A DNA stretch of 60,802 bases, filler included, from an uncultured bacterium (GTDB lineage Bacteria > UBP4 > UBA4092): the NCBI GenBank assembly GCA_964644695.1. It is 3 parts of 2 records of this genome, joined end to end, with 100 filler letters (N's around TTAATTAATTAA, not from the genome) between each part and the next. Parts side by side here need not be neighbours in the genome. Positions count along the whole stretch, not along the records: positions 26,710 to 48,647 come from CAZXWN010000007.1; positions 48,748 to 60,802 come from CAZXWN010000025.1; 1 more part is not named here. One strand, 5' to 3'. Both the position numbers and the translations under genes were made by a program. Each line of letters begins with the position of its first letter. Position 1 is the first letter of the stretch. The notes under the pieces are model-generated. The model was not told the origin of the DNA and made no database searches. It saw nothing but the letters and a program-made list of their open reading frames with translations. Positions 40,167 through 49,449 of this stretch are shown here, piece after piece.

Positions 40167-40341
40167 TGATTTTTATTAGAGTCAATTCAAAGCAATAGCC
40201 TCCACAAATCTGGCATATGGGAAAATGTGAACGGTAATAAAGTTCTTTTTTCATATTAGCAGTTCACATTTTTTAATAATAATCATGTAAATAAAAATCA
40301 GAAGACGAATATTCAATCTTCTGATTTATGACATAGTGTCA

Positions 40342-41325
40342 TTAATTTTGATCATACTGCTTAAACTCATGTACAGGTAGCGTAACCAATCTACCCCCTA
40401 GTCGCTCCATCTCAATACGGTTTTCCCAGACAATCTCACTTTGAGCTGCTCTGGTAATAGCGTTCGCAATCCCATACTGGTCTGCATCCGGTTCTGCTCC
40501 AAAAGCCATAAGGATACTGTCTCTTTGAATTTCTGTAAGCTTGTAATGTTCCACCACATGGTGAATAACTTTCTGGGGATTGGAAATTTTCACTTCCGTA
40601 CTTTCACGTAGGGACTGGGTTATTTCTCCAAACCGACCAAAGAGTTCCGTTATAGATCTCCGGATGGATAGATAGATGGTATCATCGGAATCCTCATGCC
40701 CATTGCCTAGATGGATTTGTCGGGTAAGAAATTCCTCCATGACCATGCCATTGGAACAAAGTACTCGAAAGATTCTGGGCTCTACTTTTAAGGCTTTATG
40801 CCCTGTCTCTGAATTGGTGAGGAGTAATCCTCCCATAATTCGATCATCCCGATGACGGACAAAGTCTCTAAGCTGGTTACTTTTGACTTTGACGTTCATT
40901 TCCGTTTCAGATAGGTAAGTGTCCTCAATCTCGGAATCATGGGCTTGTAGCTCATTTAAAGCACAATAGAGGACATCTAGGTGATCAATAACCCGGTAAC
41001 GGTCACTAAGGAAAGCTCTGACCGAATCTCCCAAACCTCTGACAAACACATCCCGATTGAACTTTCTTAACCAGGTATTAGTGTTTTCAATCAAGAGACT
41101 CGGTTCTTCTTCCCTCATACGGTGATAATACTTCAGAGGGATTTCCAATCGTTCAGCTATCTGGGCATGACAGGATGAAGCAATCTGGTATGACTTTCCA
41201 CCTTCCATGGATAGCTGAGGAGAAGTCCCTTCCATTACCATAGAGATGCTCCCCACAGGTAAAGATTGATCCCACTTCAAAGGTTTTTGACGTTCTAGCT
41301 CCTTCAATAATTCTTGTATATTCAC
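40342..41325 (-). CDS. DUF932/DUF945-family mobile-element protein
   Basis: HAQIAERLEIP..YY, VRAFLSDRYRVIDH, LTNSETG and RVLCSNGM motifs; GTG start with AAGGGGTG RBS (alternative start 41343). Confidence 0.8.
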   Translation of the reverse strand: MNIQELLKELERQKPLKWDQSLPVGSISMVMEGTSPQLSMEGGKSYQIASSCHAQIAERLEIPLKYYHRMREEEPSLLIENTNTWLRKFNRDVFVRGLGDSVRAFLSDRYRVIDHLDVLYCALNELQAHDSEIEDTYLSETEMNVKVKSNQLRDFVRHRDDRIMGGLLLTNSETGHKALKVEPRIFRVLCSNGMVMEEFLTRQIHLGNGHEDSDDTIYLSIRRSITELFGRFGEITQSLRESTEVKISNPQKVIHHVVEHYKLTEIQRDSILMAFGAEPDADQYGIANAITRAAQSEIVWENRIEMERLGGRLVTLPVHEFKQYDQN

Positions 41326-41553
41326 GGTTTTCACCCCTTTCATTTTTAAGTTTTAAAGAGCCATACCACTACTGTAGAGAACTTTCAACGACATGAAAAG
41401 GAGGGTGTTTTTGCCGAGAAAGGCAAATTCAGAAATTAGTATGATATTGAGAGCTGTTAGGCTGTTTCAGCTAAGGTCGGCAATATATCCCCTCTTATCC
41501 GCAGACAAACAAATAGATATTCTAGTAATAGAAGCCTCTATCCAAATCTCCCT

Positions 41554-41727
41554 ATGCTTACTTTGCAACAATGTCGAAAAACAGATCCTCGTCTTCAAAA
41601 GTACTCGGATGAAGAACTAACCCACATTCGGGATGATTTGTATCAATTGGTTCAAATAATCTTCACCATAATCCAGAAAGAGCATAGTTCCAAAAGTCCG
41701 AGTAGGGCCTTGGCAAAATCTGAATAA
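41554..41727 (+). CDS. Small 57-aa protein upstream of the serine recombinase (absent from the ORF track)
   Basis: MLTLQQCRKTDPRLQKYSDEELTHIRDDLYQLVQIIFTIIQKEHSSKSPSRALAKSE; ends 18 bp before the recombinase ATG. Confidence 0.6.
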   Translation: MLTLQQCRKTDPRLQKYSDEELTHIRDDLYQLVQIIFTIIQKEHSSKSPSRALAKSE

Positions 41728-41745
41728 GCCTTAAAATGAGGGCAT

Positions 41746-43434
41746 ATGGATCAAGTCATCTCTAGTAAAACTGGAATTATCTATTGTCGAGTTTCTTCCA
41801 AAGAACAGGTGGAAGGAACCAGTTTAGAGTCCCAAGAAAAGGTTTGCCGGGAATATGCAGAAAAACAGAATATTCAGATTTTAAATATATTTATAGAAAA
41901 GGGAGAATCTGCCAAAACTACCGACCGCGCCCAATTCACCAAGGCGATTGCCATGTGCAGTCACAAAAGACCTAAAGTGGACTATTTCATTGTGTATAAA
42001 CTTGATAGGTTTGCTCGGAATCAGGATGACCATGTGATTGTAAGACAGATGCTTAGTAAATATGGTACCGAGTTGAAATCTGCCACCGAGCCTATCAACA
42101 GCACGCCGGTCGGAAGAGCCATGGAAGGTATGATTTCTGTCTTTGCTGAATTCGACAACAATGTTCGTCGAGAACGTTGTGTTTCTGGAATGAAGGAACG
42201 GGTCAGACAAGGTATTTGGTGTTGGCCGGCACCCTTCGGCTATTACCGCAAGGAACGAGGCGGCAATATAATCCCCAATGATAAAATCTCCCCATATATC
42301 CGGTTGGCCTTTGAGGAATATGCCAGAGGGATCCATACTTATGACTCTTTAGCCAAATATCTATGTGATTTAGGAGTCAGAATGCCTTCAGGACATAGAC
42401 CAGTTAAGCAATTTGTGGAACGTATATTAAAAAACCCGATATATACCGGACACATGGAAGTCTGGGGAGAAAGGTATAAGGGTACGTTTGAGCCGATAAT
42501 TAATGAAGCCTTATTTAGAAAATGCCAGGGCTGTTATCGGCACTCACAAAGCCACCGGATGCCTAGGCTTCAGAAAAACCCATATTTTCCACTCCGGAGA
42601 TTGGTCATCTGTTCACAATGCCATGCGTCCTTAACTGGTAGCATTTCCAAAGGAGGCAGCGGTAATAAATATGCCTATTATCATCACCATCATCAAGGAT
42701 GTCCCTATGCGATGTTTCTGCCAAAACAGATTTTAGAAGATAAGTTCGCAGCTTATCTTAAGGAAATGTCACCAAAAGATGAGTGTGAAAAAGTTTTCCA
42801 AGAAACTGTTCTAGATTTCTGGAAGGGAAATACTAATAGCCTATCAGAAAAACAAAAATCATTGCGCAGGGAAATATCCATACTAGAACAGGACAAGCTA
42901 AAAGCTTTTGAAAGTCATCGCAAAGGTATATATACCGATGATGAATTCATAGTCCAAAAAAGAATCTTAAATTCCCAACTCGAACAAAAACAATCGTTAT
43001 TGGAATCCACTACTATTCCAGAAATTGATATAAAAGAAGCGTTGGAAACATATCTTTACTATGCTCGGAATGCAGCAGAAATATGGAAGAAAGCGGATTA
43101 TCCCATTAAGATGCAATTTCAGAAACTCATCTTTGCTGGTGGAAAAGTAAGTTTTGATGGTGAAAAATTTGGAACGACTAAATATTCGCTTATTTACGGG
43201 GATAATTGGGGGAACCCTGCTGATCATGGTGGATTACCAACTGATGTCGAAGAACAAGCTAGTGGAACAGATAATATGTCCCTTGTTTACGCCATAAATC
43301 AGTCTTTTGCTGGCAATAAATCTGTTTTGGTGGACCACTTTAGACGAAATTGGAATAGATGGGTCAGTGAGATGCGGGAGTGGGCAAAGTTTCATCAATT
43401 CAGGAAAGAATGTGGTAAATCTGAACTAATCTAA
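41746..43434 (+). CDS. Large serine recombinase (resolvase, recombinase, Zn-ribbon and coiled-coil domains)
   Basis: YCRVSSKEQ catalytic Ser, KLDRFARN, APFGY, NPIYTG, CSQC; coiled coil. Confidence 0.95.
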   Translation: MDQVISSKTGIIYCRVSSKEQVEGTSLESQEKVCREYAEKQNIQILNIFIEKGESAKTTDRAQFTKAIAMCSHKRPKVDYFIVYKLDRFARNQDDHVIVRQMLSKYGTELKSATEPINSTPVGRAMEGMISVFAEFDNNVRRERCVSGMKERVRQGIWCWPAPFGYYRKERGGNIIPNDKISPYIRLAFEEYARGIHTYDSLAKYLCDLGVRMPSGHRPVKQFVERILKNPIYTGHMEVWGERYKGTFEPIINEALFRKCQGCYRHSQSHRMPRLQKNPYFPLRRLVICSQCHASLTGSISKGGSGNKYAYYHHHHQGCPYAMFLPKQILEDKFAAYLKEMSPKDECEKVFQETVLDFWKGNTNSLSEKQKSLRREISILEQDKLKAFESHRKGIYTDDEFIVQKRILNSQLEQKQSLLESTTIPEIDIKEALETYLYYARNAAEIWKKADYPIKMQFQKLIFAGGKVSFDGEKFGTTKYSLIYGDNWGNPADHGGLPTDVEEQASGTDNMSLVYAINQSFAGNKSVLVDHFRRNWNRWVSEMREWAKFHQFRKECGKSELI

Positions 43435-43491
43435 ATATATTAGAAAATTGTAAACAGGTAAAGGAGGGCAAAATTGCCATATATGACATTT

Positions 43492-44331
43492 CTAAGATAA
43501 TTTGCTTCGAGATGCTTGTATATCATCATGATGAAAACTGAAGAACCAATTAGGTATTGGAATTCCACCTGATACAATACAATTATATTCGGATACAAGT
43601 CTCATTACTTCTGCTATATCAGGATCATTTTGCTGACAAATTGTTTCAAGACTTTTTTCGATATCAAATAAAGACTGTATATTTCTACTCAGTTTTAGCA
43701 CTAGCCCTGTCAAATCAATTGAAAGCATAACTGGAATAATAAGATATATAGCATTAATTAAAATAATCTGTAAATTAACATTTATATGTGTGATGGGTAG
43801 AATAGATAAAACACATATCAACATCCCAACAGATACAACTAAAATAATAATAAAATAGTTTCTTAGTTTCCTGTATAGACACTTTGTCCAATAGGCTGAT
43901 TCAAATGTCATTTCAGCCAATTTTTTCGGCCCAGGTACCTGCTGAGACTCATAATAACTACTTGAGCGACTTTGCAACGAAAACTTTTTAAGAATCTTAC
44001 TACCTGCTTTATTTTTCCAATCATTAAATTGTGAAACTGCAATAGCCCAATTTAACCCTTCGCTTAACACAGACTGCCGACGCATTGTTTCGGCATCTTC
44101 ATATATAATTTCGAATCTGTATCTCTTATATAGAGATATCGCTAAAACCAAAACAATAGTTATTGATACAGCAGTATCAACCTCTAGCGTTAGTTGTACT
44201 AATGAACAAATTACCCCAATAAATCCAGCTATAATCTCTAAGACTATAGACCATTGCCATAGCGTAGCAGCTTCATTAAAGAGTACTCTTGATAATTGAT
44301 TTAGTTCCGCTCCCTGTTGTTTATTATCCAT
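43492..44331 (-). CDS. CBASS S-4TM family pore-forming effector
   Basis: Two pairs of TM helices, ESAYWTKCLY and PIPNWFF motifs; start overlaps the CD-NTase stop (ATGGATAA). Confidence 0.8.
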   Translation of the reverse strand: MDNKQQGAELNQLSRVLFNEAATLWQWSIVLEIIAGFIGVICSLVQLTLEVDTAVSITIVLVLAISLYKRYRFEIIYEDAETMRRQSVLSEGLNWAIAVSQFNDWKNKAGSKILKKFSLQSRSSSYYESQQVPGPKKLAEMTFESAYWTKCLYRKLRNYFIIILVVSVGMLICVLSILPITHINVNLQIILINAIYLIIPVMLSIDLTGLVLKLSRNIQSLFDIEKSLETICQQNDPDIAEVMRLVSEYNCIVSGGIPIPNWFFSFHHDDIQASRSKLS

Positions 44332-45214
44332 ATGTTGGGAAAAATTCTCCTAACAATTCTTTCCATTTAGCTATTGCTACAGAAGGATCTTTCTCACTGA
44401 CACTGTATGCTTCTTGTGCTATGCTTGCAGCTTTATTAGCCCTATTAACAAATAACTCTCGCTTATTCCCAAGAGAGTTATTATCTAAATATAAATCTAC
44501 TCTATCTCCTGAAATGGGATCATATGTAGGGGAATCTAAATATGTTGGTAACTTTGAAAAGAATATATTCACCATAGAATCGAGAGTATATGTTTGACTA
44601 TAGTTTTTGTAGTTATTTAACAATATGCATTCTATGTGAAATCCCCTGAGCTTTTGAGTGAAATTTCTATTCCACCCTTTAATCATTTTTATGAGGGGGA
44701 CGAAATCGCCATCCATATTCTTATTAATACGAGTAACTTCCTCTGCAAATTTAACGGGGTCTGTTTTAAGCCATTCGCCTCGATATGTATCGGGAATAGT
44801 ATAGTAGCCTTGTTTATAATAAAATGCAGGAATTACATCTAATCGAAACTCTGTTAATTTCATAGTGACACAATTTCTATCGATATGACATGCGGTTTTA
44901 GGATAAGCATCTTGCAATATCTTTTTGAATCGATTTAATGAGTTTGCAACCCCCTCCTTACTATCCCACTCCTTATTATTACCATAATGTAATATAACCA
45001 TCAGATCAACATCACCTTCACTTAAATATTTTGTAAGTGTATCGCGGTCATAAGAACCAATTAATTTAGAAGGCTTATCTGAATATAGTGAAAGCGACTC
45101 TTTTAGTTTTGCTACCACATTAGTATGACAATTTGATACTATTGATTCTTGTCTATCGGTTATATTTAGATTACTCGCAAATTGTTTAAAAGATTCTTTA
45201 ACTGTTGTTGCCAT
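44324..45214 (-). CDS. CBASS cGAS/DncV-like nucleotidyltransferase (CD-NTase, SMODS)
   Basis: LIGSYDRDT, DVDL (DxD), LDVIPAF, WLKTDP, LIKMIKGWN and WKELLGEFFP motifs; AGGAG RBS. Confidence 0.92.
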   Translation of the reverse strand: MATTVKESFKQFASNLNITDRQESIVSNCHTNVVAKLKESLSLYSDKPSKLIGSYDRDTLTKYLSEGDVDLMVILHYGNNKEWDSKEGVANSLNRFKKILQDAYPKTACHIDRNCVTMKLTEFRLDVIPAFYYKQGYYTIPDTYRGEWLKTDPVKFAEEVTRINKNMDGDFVPLIKMIKGWNRNFTQKLRGFHIECILLNNYKNYSQTYTLDSMVNIFFSKLPTYLDSPTYDPISGDRVDLYLDNNSLGNKRELFVNRANKAASIAQEAYSVSEKDPSVAIAKWKELLGEFFPTYG

Positions 45215-45338
45215 AAATATCTCCTGACCTTAATCTTGATTGAATGTTAACAATAAAAAAAATATACCAATTACTTTGTCATTTATTTAACCCATCGTCT
45301 CTATATTGATTAATACTGTCGACATTTGAAAAAATATC

Positions 45339-46598
45339 TTAATCGGTAATGTTAATATTTTGAAATACTCGCACTTGACGTAAAACGAAATATCCTAAAA
45401 TAAAAAATACTAATAATGATAATACGCCTACCCTTTGATTGCCAGATATTGTCGCTATAATTCCGAATAAAATCGGGCCAAACACTGAAGATATCCTGCT
45501 AGAAAATGCATTAAATCCAAAGATCTCAGCTGATTGTGTTTTTTCTATCATCTGTGATAACAATGCTCGAGATATCGCTGGCGTCGAACCAAGGACAGTA
45601 CCTACCAATATTGATAAAATGTAGTAATGACCCTTAGTTTGAGCTGAATAATAACCAATTACAATAAAAATCCATATTACAATAGTCCATAATAAAACTC
45701 GTTTATATCCGAAACGTTCAGCAAGATAACCAAAAATAATAGTGCAAGGAATGGCTACAATTTGAACAATAATGAAGGCGTACATTATTTCATTTAAACT
45801 CATCTTGACAGTCTCGGACGCAAATATAGTAGTAAAGTAAGTCATTGTAGCCAAGCCATCATTTATCAGATAATTACCCAAAAGAAACTTAAATATTTCT
45901 TTATTTTCTCTCCATCTTTTAATTGTCGAAATTACTTGTATAATTCCACCGTATGTAAGATTATGAGTTTTTTTTGACCTTGGACTAATGCGTCCTGCAG
46001 ATTCTTTCAAATAAAAAATAGTAGGTAATGAAAAAAATAAATAATACAACGCAATAAAAACAAAGGCACTTTGATATGTTTTAATAGCTGCAGGTAATTC
46101 AGCATGCTTAATAAGTGGATATAACAATCCTAAGCATATTATTCCACCAAGATATCCAATTCCCCACCCTAAACATGATAGAACAGCTGTATTTTTATTA
46201 TCTTCCACTTCAATAGGCAAGAAAGCATCATACAAAAATAGTGATGCATTGAAAGTAAGCATAGAAAACATGAAAACTAAACTTACCCAGATATGATTAT
46301 TGCTATTTATGAATCCCAACATAGCTGATAAAAAGACTGTAGTGCAAAAACTGATGATTAATAACAATTTTCTCTTTTTTGCCAGGTCTGCAATAGCACC
46401 TAATATAGGAGAAAGAATGCCCATAATGATAATCGGGACAGAAACAGCCAGGCTCCAAGAAATATCCGGTGATAAAAAGCTAATTGCAATAACTTTTCTG
46501 AAATATAAGGGAAACAGTATTGTAGGTATCATTAAATAATAGGCAGAATTAGCAAAATCATATAATACCCACGCAACTTGAGATTTGTTTAATGCCAT
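45339..46598 (-). CDS. MFS transporter, UMF1/Atg22 (YxiO-like) family
   Basis: AWVLYDFANSAY, SPILGAIAD, YDAFLP, GWGIGYLGG, INDGL, ISRALLS and FFILG motifs; 12 TM. Confidence 0.88.
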   Translation of the reverse strand: MALNKSQVAWVLYDFANSAYYLMIPTILFPLYFRKVIAISFLSPDISWSLAVSVPIIIMGILSPILGAIADLAKKRKLLLIISFCTTVFLSAMLGFINSNNHIWVSLVFMFSMLTFNASLFLYDAFLPIEVEDNKNTAVLSCLGWGIGYLGGIICLGLLYPLIKHAELPAAIKTYQSAFVFIALYYLFFSLPTIFYLKESAGRISPRSKKTHNLTYGGIIQVISTIKRWRENKEIFKFLLGNYLINDGLATMTYFTTIFASETVKMSLNEIMYAFIIVQIVAIPCTIIFGYLAERFGYKRVLLWTIVIWIFIVIGYYSAQTKGHYYILSILVGTVLGSTPAISRALLSQMIEKTQSAEIFGFNAFSSRISSVFGPILFGIIATISGNQRVGVLSLLVFFILGYFVLRQVRVFQNINITD

Positions 46599-46608
46599 AT
46601 TATTAAAT

Positions 46609-47235
46609 CTAAACATTGGTAGAAATTGATTTTTCATAAGTTACATTATCTCGCTCAACCCATCCTTCTATGAATAAATATATAAAAACCTGTATTAGAA
46701 ATAGCCCATAAAAAACTCCCTTATATGTATCACTCAATGCAATACTCTGCCACTCGGAAAACCCAATATAACTACAAGACAAATTTAAGTAAAAAAGGAC
46801 TGATGAAAAAACTGAAACAACCGCCAATGAAAACCAACCCCTAAAAAAATTACCTTTATAAATAGAACAAGGAAAGACTAATGCGGTTACAACGGGTATA
46901 AATAAATAATATGAAGAAAAATAACTTTGTAACGCCCCTCCAGTAGATTTAACAAACAGATGAATTGAGAACAATGCAACAATCCCGCCGATCCACAAAC
47001 ATACTCTAGCCATTACTGGTTTTTCTTCATAGGTAAAACTTGCTATTATAAAAATACTAACGATAAAAAGACAAAAGATGCCAAATCTATATGTATTAAT
47101 ACTATCATTGGGTATTATATTAATAATTTTGAATTCATCTAAAAGCCAAAGAATAGTGCTTGGCAGAACCCCACCAAAAGCATAGCAAAGCCATGAAAAT
47201 AGTTTAATTTTTTCCATTATTGTATGCGTCTTCAA
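46609..47235 (-). CDS. Six-TM hypothetical membrane protein
   Basis: AGGAG RBS, TTG start; hydrophobic helices; TGGALQSYFSSYY motif; tightly packed between the synthase and the MFS. Confidence 0.7.
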   Translation of the reverse strand: MKTHTIMEKIKLFSWLCYAFGGVLPSTILWLLDEFKIINIIPNDSINTYRFGIFCLFIVSIFIIASFTYEEKPVMARVCLWIGGIVALFSIHLFVKSTGGALQSYFSSYYLFIPVVTALVFPCSIYKGNFFRGWFSLAVVSVFSSVLFYLNLSCSYIGFSEWQSIALSDTYKGVFYGLFLIQVFIYLFIEGWVERDNVTYEKSISTNV

Positions 47236-47251
47236 TCTTGTTTTTCTCCTG

Positions 47252-48265
47252 TCATTTTAAGTTTTCTAATACATCTTTGTTACGGTTTAACAAACAATAA
47301 ACCAAATCTTCTAAAATAGTCTTCCCACGCAATGAAACATCTGTTAAATCATTTAATTTATTTAACACCTCCTGATTTGCCCGTAATCTTATATCGTTTA
47401 TATTATTTATAATCGACTCCTCACATATGAGATTTCTATACATATCTTTCTGGATTATTGCACTGGTGGCATTAAAGTTATGCTGTTCTGTAATGATGAA
47501 ATTTAAAAAATTTCCAGGATCAATAGGTTGAGCATCATTCTTCATAAATAGAATTATATCTTCTATATCGTCCTCAATTTGATGTGCAACCCCCAACGAT
47601 AGTCCAAAATCATAATACTCACGCGCTTTCTCTTGCGACAGCCTGCTTAGTGAACCAATTTCACATGCAATTCCGAGAAGAACTCCGGTTTTTAAACCAA
47701 CAACTTTATAATAATAATCCAATCCCTCTCTCCAAAGTTGAGACGCATTTAAATCCAACGTCTGACCTTCCCCAATTAAGATAATGCCCTTTATAAGTTT
47801 CTCTAGTACAATCCTATAATAAAAATTCTCTGATTTTTGGTTTAACAATGTTAGCTCTGCGCATGATTTCAAGATCCATGCCACATTGATTGCTTGGCTG
47901 ATCCCACTCTTTTTCCACAAAGAATCTCTGTTGCACCGTGTTTCTGATGCATCTTCTATATCATCAATAATTAACGTGGCGTTATGATATAACTCAATAG
48001 CACATGCTACGGGCATCACACGACTTATATCTACACCTAAGATATCCGCAATTAACAAACATAAATGCCCCCGTAGTCTTTTACTATGTGAAATTACAGA
48101 ATCAGAGGGGGCACTATCTAATCGTAAATGATAAAAAATCTCTTTAATTAAAGAATGCCCGGCAAGACTTGTTTCCAGCAACGATTTTAACTCATTATTA
48201 ATTTTTTGCCGATAAGGTGAATTAATAATTGAGTTCTCTTTTGAAAGTAACGATTTTTCACACAT
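47252..48265 (-). CDS. Divergent polyprenyl synthetase family (class I isoprenoid synthase fold) protein
   Basis: KRLR, IELYHNATLIIDDIED (FARM), GQTLDL, KTG and QIEDDIED (SARM). Confidence 0.88.
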   Translation of the reverse strand: MCEKSLLSKENSIINSPYRQKINNELKSLLETSLAGHSLIKEIFYHLRLDSAPSDSVISHSKRLRGHLCLLIADILGVDISRVMPVACAIELYHNATLIIDDIEDASETRCNRDSLWKKSGISQAINVAWILKSCAELTLLNQKSENFYYRIVLEKLIKGIILIGEGQTLDLNASQLWREGLDYYYKVVGLKTGVLLGIACEIGSLSRLSQEKAREYYDFGLSLGVAHQIEDDIEDIILFMKNDAQPIDPGNFLNFIITEQHNFNATSAIIQKDMYRNLICEESIINNINDIRLRANQEVLNKLNDLTDVSLRGKTILEDLVYCLLNRNKDVLENLK

Positions 48266-48518
48266 ATATTTTTTCTAATTTACTCCTAAACATTCGGTAT
48301 TTTCCAAAATTGATTTGAAATTTATATTTTGGATATTATCATAAATAATTACATAATGCACATCATGCAATGCTACCATCGCTCTATCAATATTAAAAAC
48401 TGTCCAATATTATTACTGTAAGTTATATTTGGAACTCTTTAAAACACAATCCACCAGCACCTGTTTTATTGTAACCCACTTACAATTTTTTGCAATAATC
48501 TGAAATTTCATACACATT

Positions 48519-48545
48519 AAAAAGGGAAGCAGGTTACTGCTTCCC
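48519..48545 (-). terminator. Intrinsic terminator
   Basis: GGGAAGCAG/CTGCTTCCC stem with a minus-strand U tract after the nuclease fragment. Confidence 0.75.
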
Positions 48546-48558
48546 ATGATTCAATCCT

Positions 48559-48647
48559 TTAGTGATTCCACATCGGACAGAGTCTCTGATACTCACACTC
48601 CTTACACATAAATCCCGGTCGTGGAAGAAAAGACTCATTACAAATAG
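48559..48647 (-). CDS. C-terminal end of a RecB/Cas4-like PD-(D/E)XK nuclease (truncated by contig end)
   Basis: Minus strand ICNESFLPRPGFMCKECEYQRLCPMWNH*; FxPxPG..CxxCxYxxxCP Fe-S Cys cluster. Confidence 0.7.
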
Positions 48648-48747
48648 NNNNNNNNNNNNNNNNNNNNNNNNNNNNNNNNNNNNNNNNNNNNTTAATTAAT
48701 TAANNNNNNNNNNNNNNNNNNNNNNNNNNNNNNNNNNNNNNNNNNNN
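48648..48747. other. Artificial contig linker
   Basis: 100 bp of N with a central TTAATTAATTAA. Confidence 0.98.
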
Positions 48748-48795
48748 CGAAGTTATCAATACTAAAACTAACAAACAAAGTAATAGTTTCATCAT
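48748..48795 (-). CDS. N-terminal signal peptide of a gene truncated by the contig end
   Basis: MMKLLLCLLVLVLITS...; TTGACA-17-TAGATT upstream (~48839-48868). Confidence 0.4.
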
Positions 48796-48920
48796 CCTCA
48801 TAGGTTGTTGAATCCCCTTTTTCAGTCGTCATTGTCACCAATCTATACCCTTTATCATAGACTGTCAACAATTGTTTTTAACTCAGGCTACCTAATAGGA
48901 AATATTTCACTAATCCAAGC

Positions 48921-49007
48921 TGTCATTCCTGCGAAAGCAGGAATCCAGAATCTTGATTTAAGACATAAGCCCTTATGGATTCCTGCTTAGGTCATGCAGG
49001 AATGACA
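48921..49007. repeat. GTCATTCC-type composite palindromic element (CGTC-REP/dRS3/RPE-like)
   Basis: TGTCATTCCTGCGAAAGCAGGAATCCA...TGGATTCCTGC-TTAGGTCAT-GCAGGAATGACA: two hairpins in inverted arrangement. Confidence 0.8.
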
Positions 49008-49143
49008 AACCAGGGGAACAGGGTGAATGATTACCCATTAAAATGGTGGTTTATGAACCACTCAGACCTTTAACAAGGCAAATCATCTTCTTAAAAACTT
49101 ATCCTGTTCATCGTTTCCCCTTCGTTTCTGCTTCGTCAGTCAG

Positions 49144-49190
49144 AACGAAGAATCCACGGACTTGGTCCGAGATGGTCCGTGGATGATTCG
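49144..49190. repeat. Intergenic palindromic repeat, copy 5
   Basis: AACGAAGAATCCACGGACTTGGTCCGAGATGGTCCGTGGATGATTCG. Confidence 0.8.
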
Positions 49191-49449
49191 AGAGAAGGAA
49201 ACATACAATTCGGGAATTATGGGAGAAAACTTTTTATTTGAAGTAGTGGCGAAATGAAGGGGTTTTAATAGTTCAAACTGTTTATTATCAGAGTGTTAGA
49301 TGTATTCCCACCCTACCCCCACAGGACCTGCCATCCCTTACCGATGGAAATTTATTTCCTATTGTGTAATTAATATCTTGACATGAAATAGAGAAGAGAT
49401 TTAAGATTCAGGCAGAAACGCATCTTGGGATAAAGTATGGAGGGTCATC

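Larger units (their letters stand above)
28801..48647. mobile_element. tRNA-Thr-associated genomic island (right end beyond the contig)
   Basis: Integrase ends 13 bp from the tRNA; excisionase domain, VirD4-like ATPase, DUF932, serine recombinase, CBASS and a PD-(D/E)XK fragment; visibly more AT-rich than flanks; host palindromic repeat not seen. Confidence 0.85.

Noticed and set aside
41331-41407. Imperfect inverted repeat near the DUF932 start as a recombinase att site, and the 41393-41620 ORF
   Set aside because: The match is short and gapped; the ORF overlaps the better-supported 41554-41727 ORF and lacks an RBS.
48559-48647. Cas4 as evidence of a CRISPR-Cas locus
   Set aside because: The Cys motif is shared with RecB-like nucleases of mobile elements; no array or other cas genes are present.
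28801-48647. Prophage, or a second att copy of the tRNA
   Set aside because: No capsid, terminase or tail genes, and I found no tRNA-Thr fragment by eye before the contig end.
48805-48990. 61-aa ORF containing VIPAKAGIQ
   Set aside because: Translation of the palindromic repeat; no RBS.
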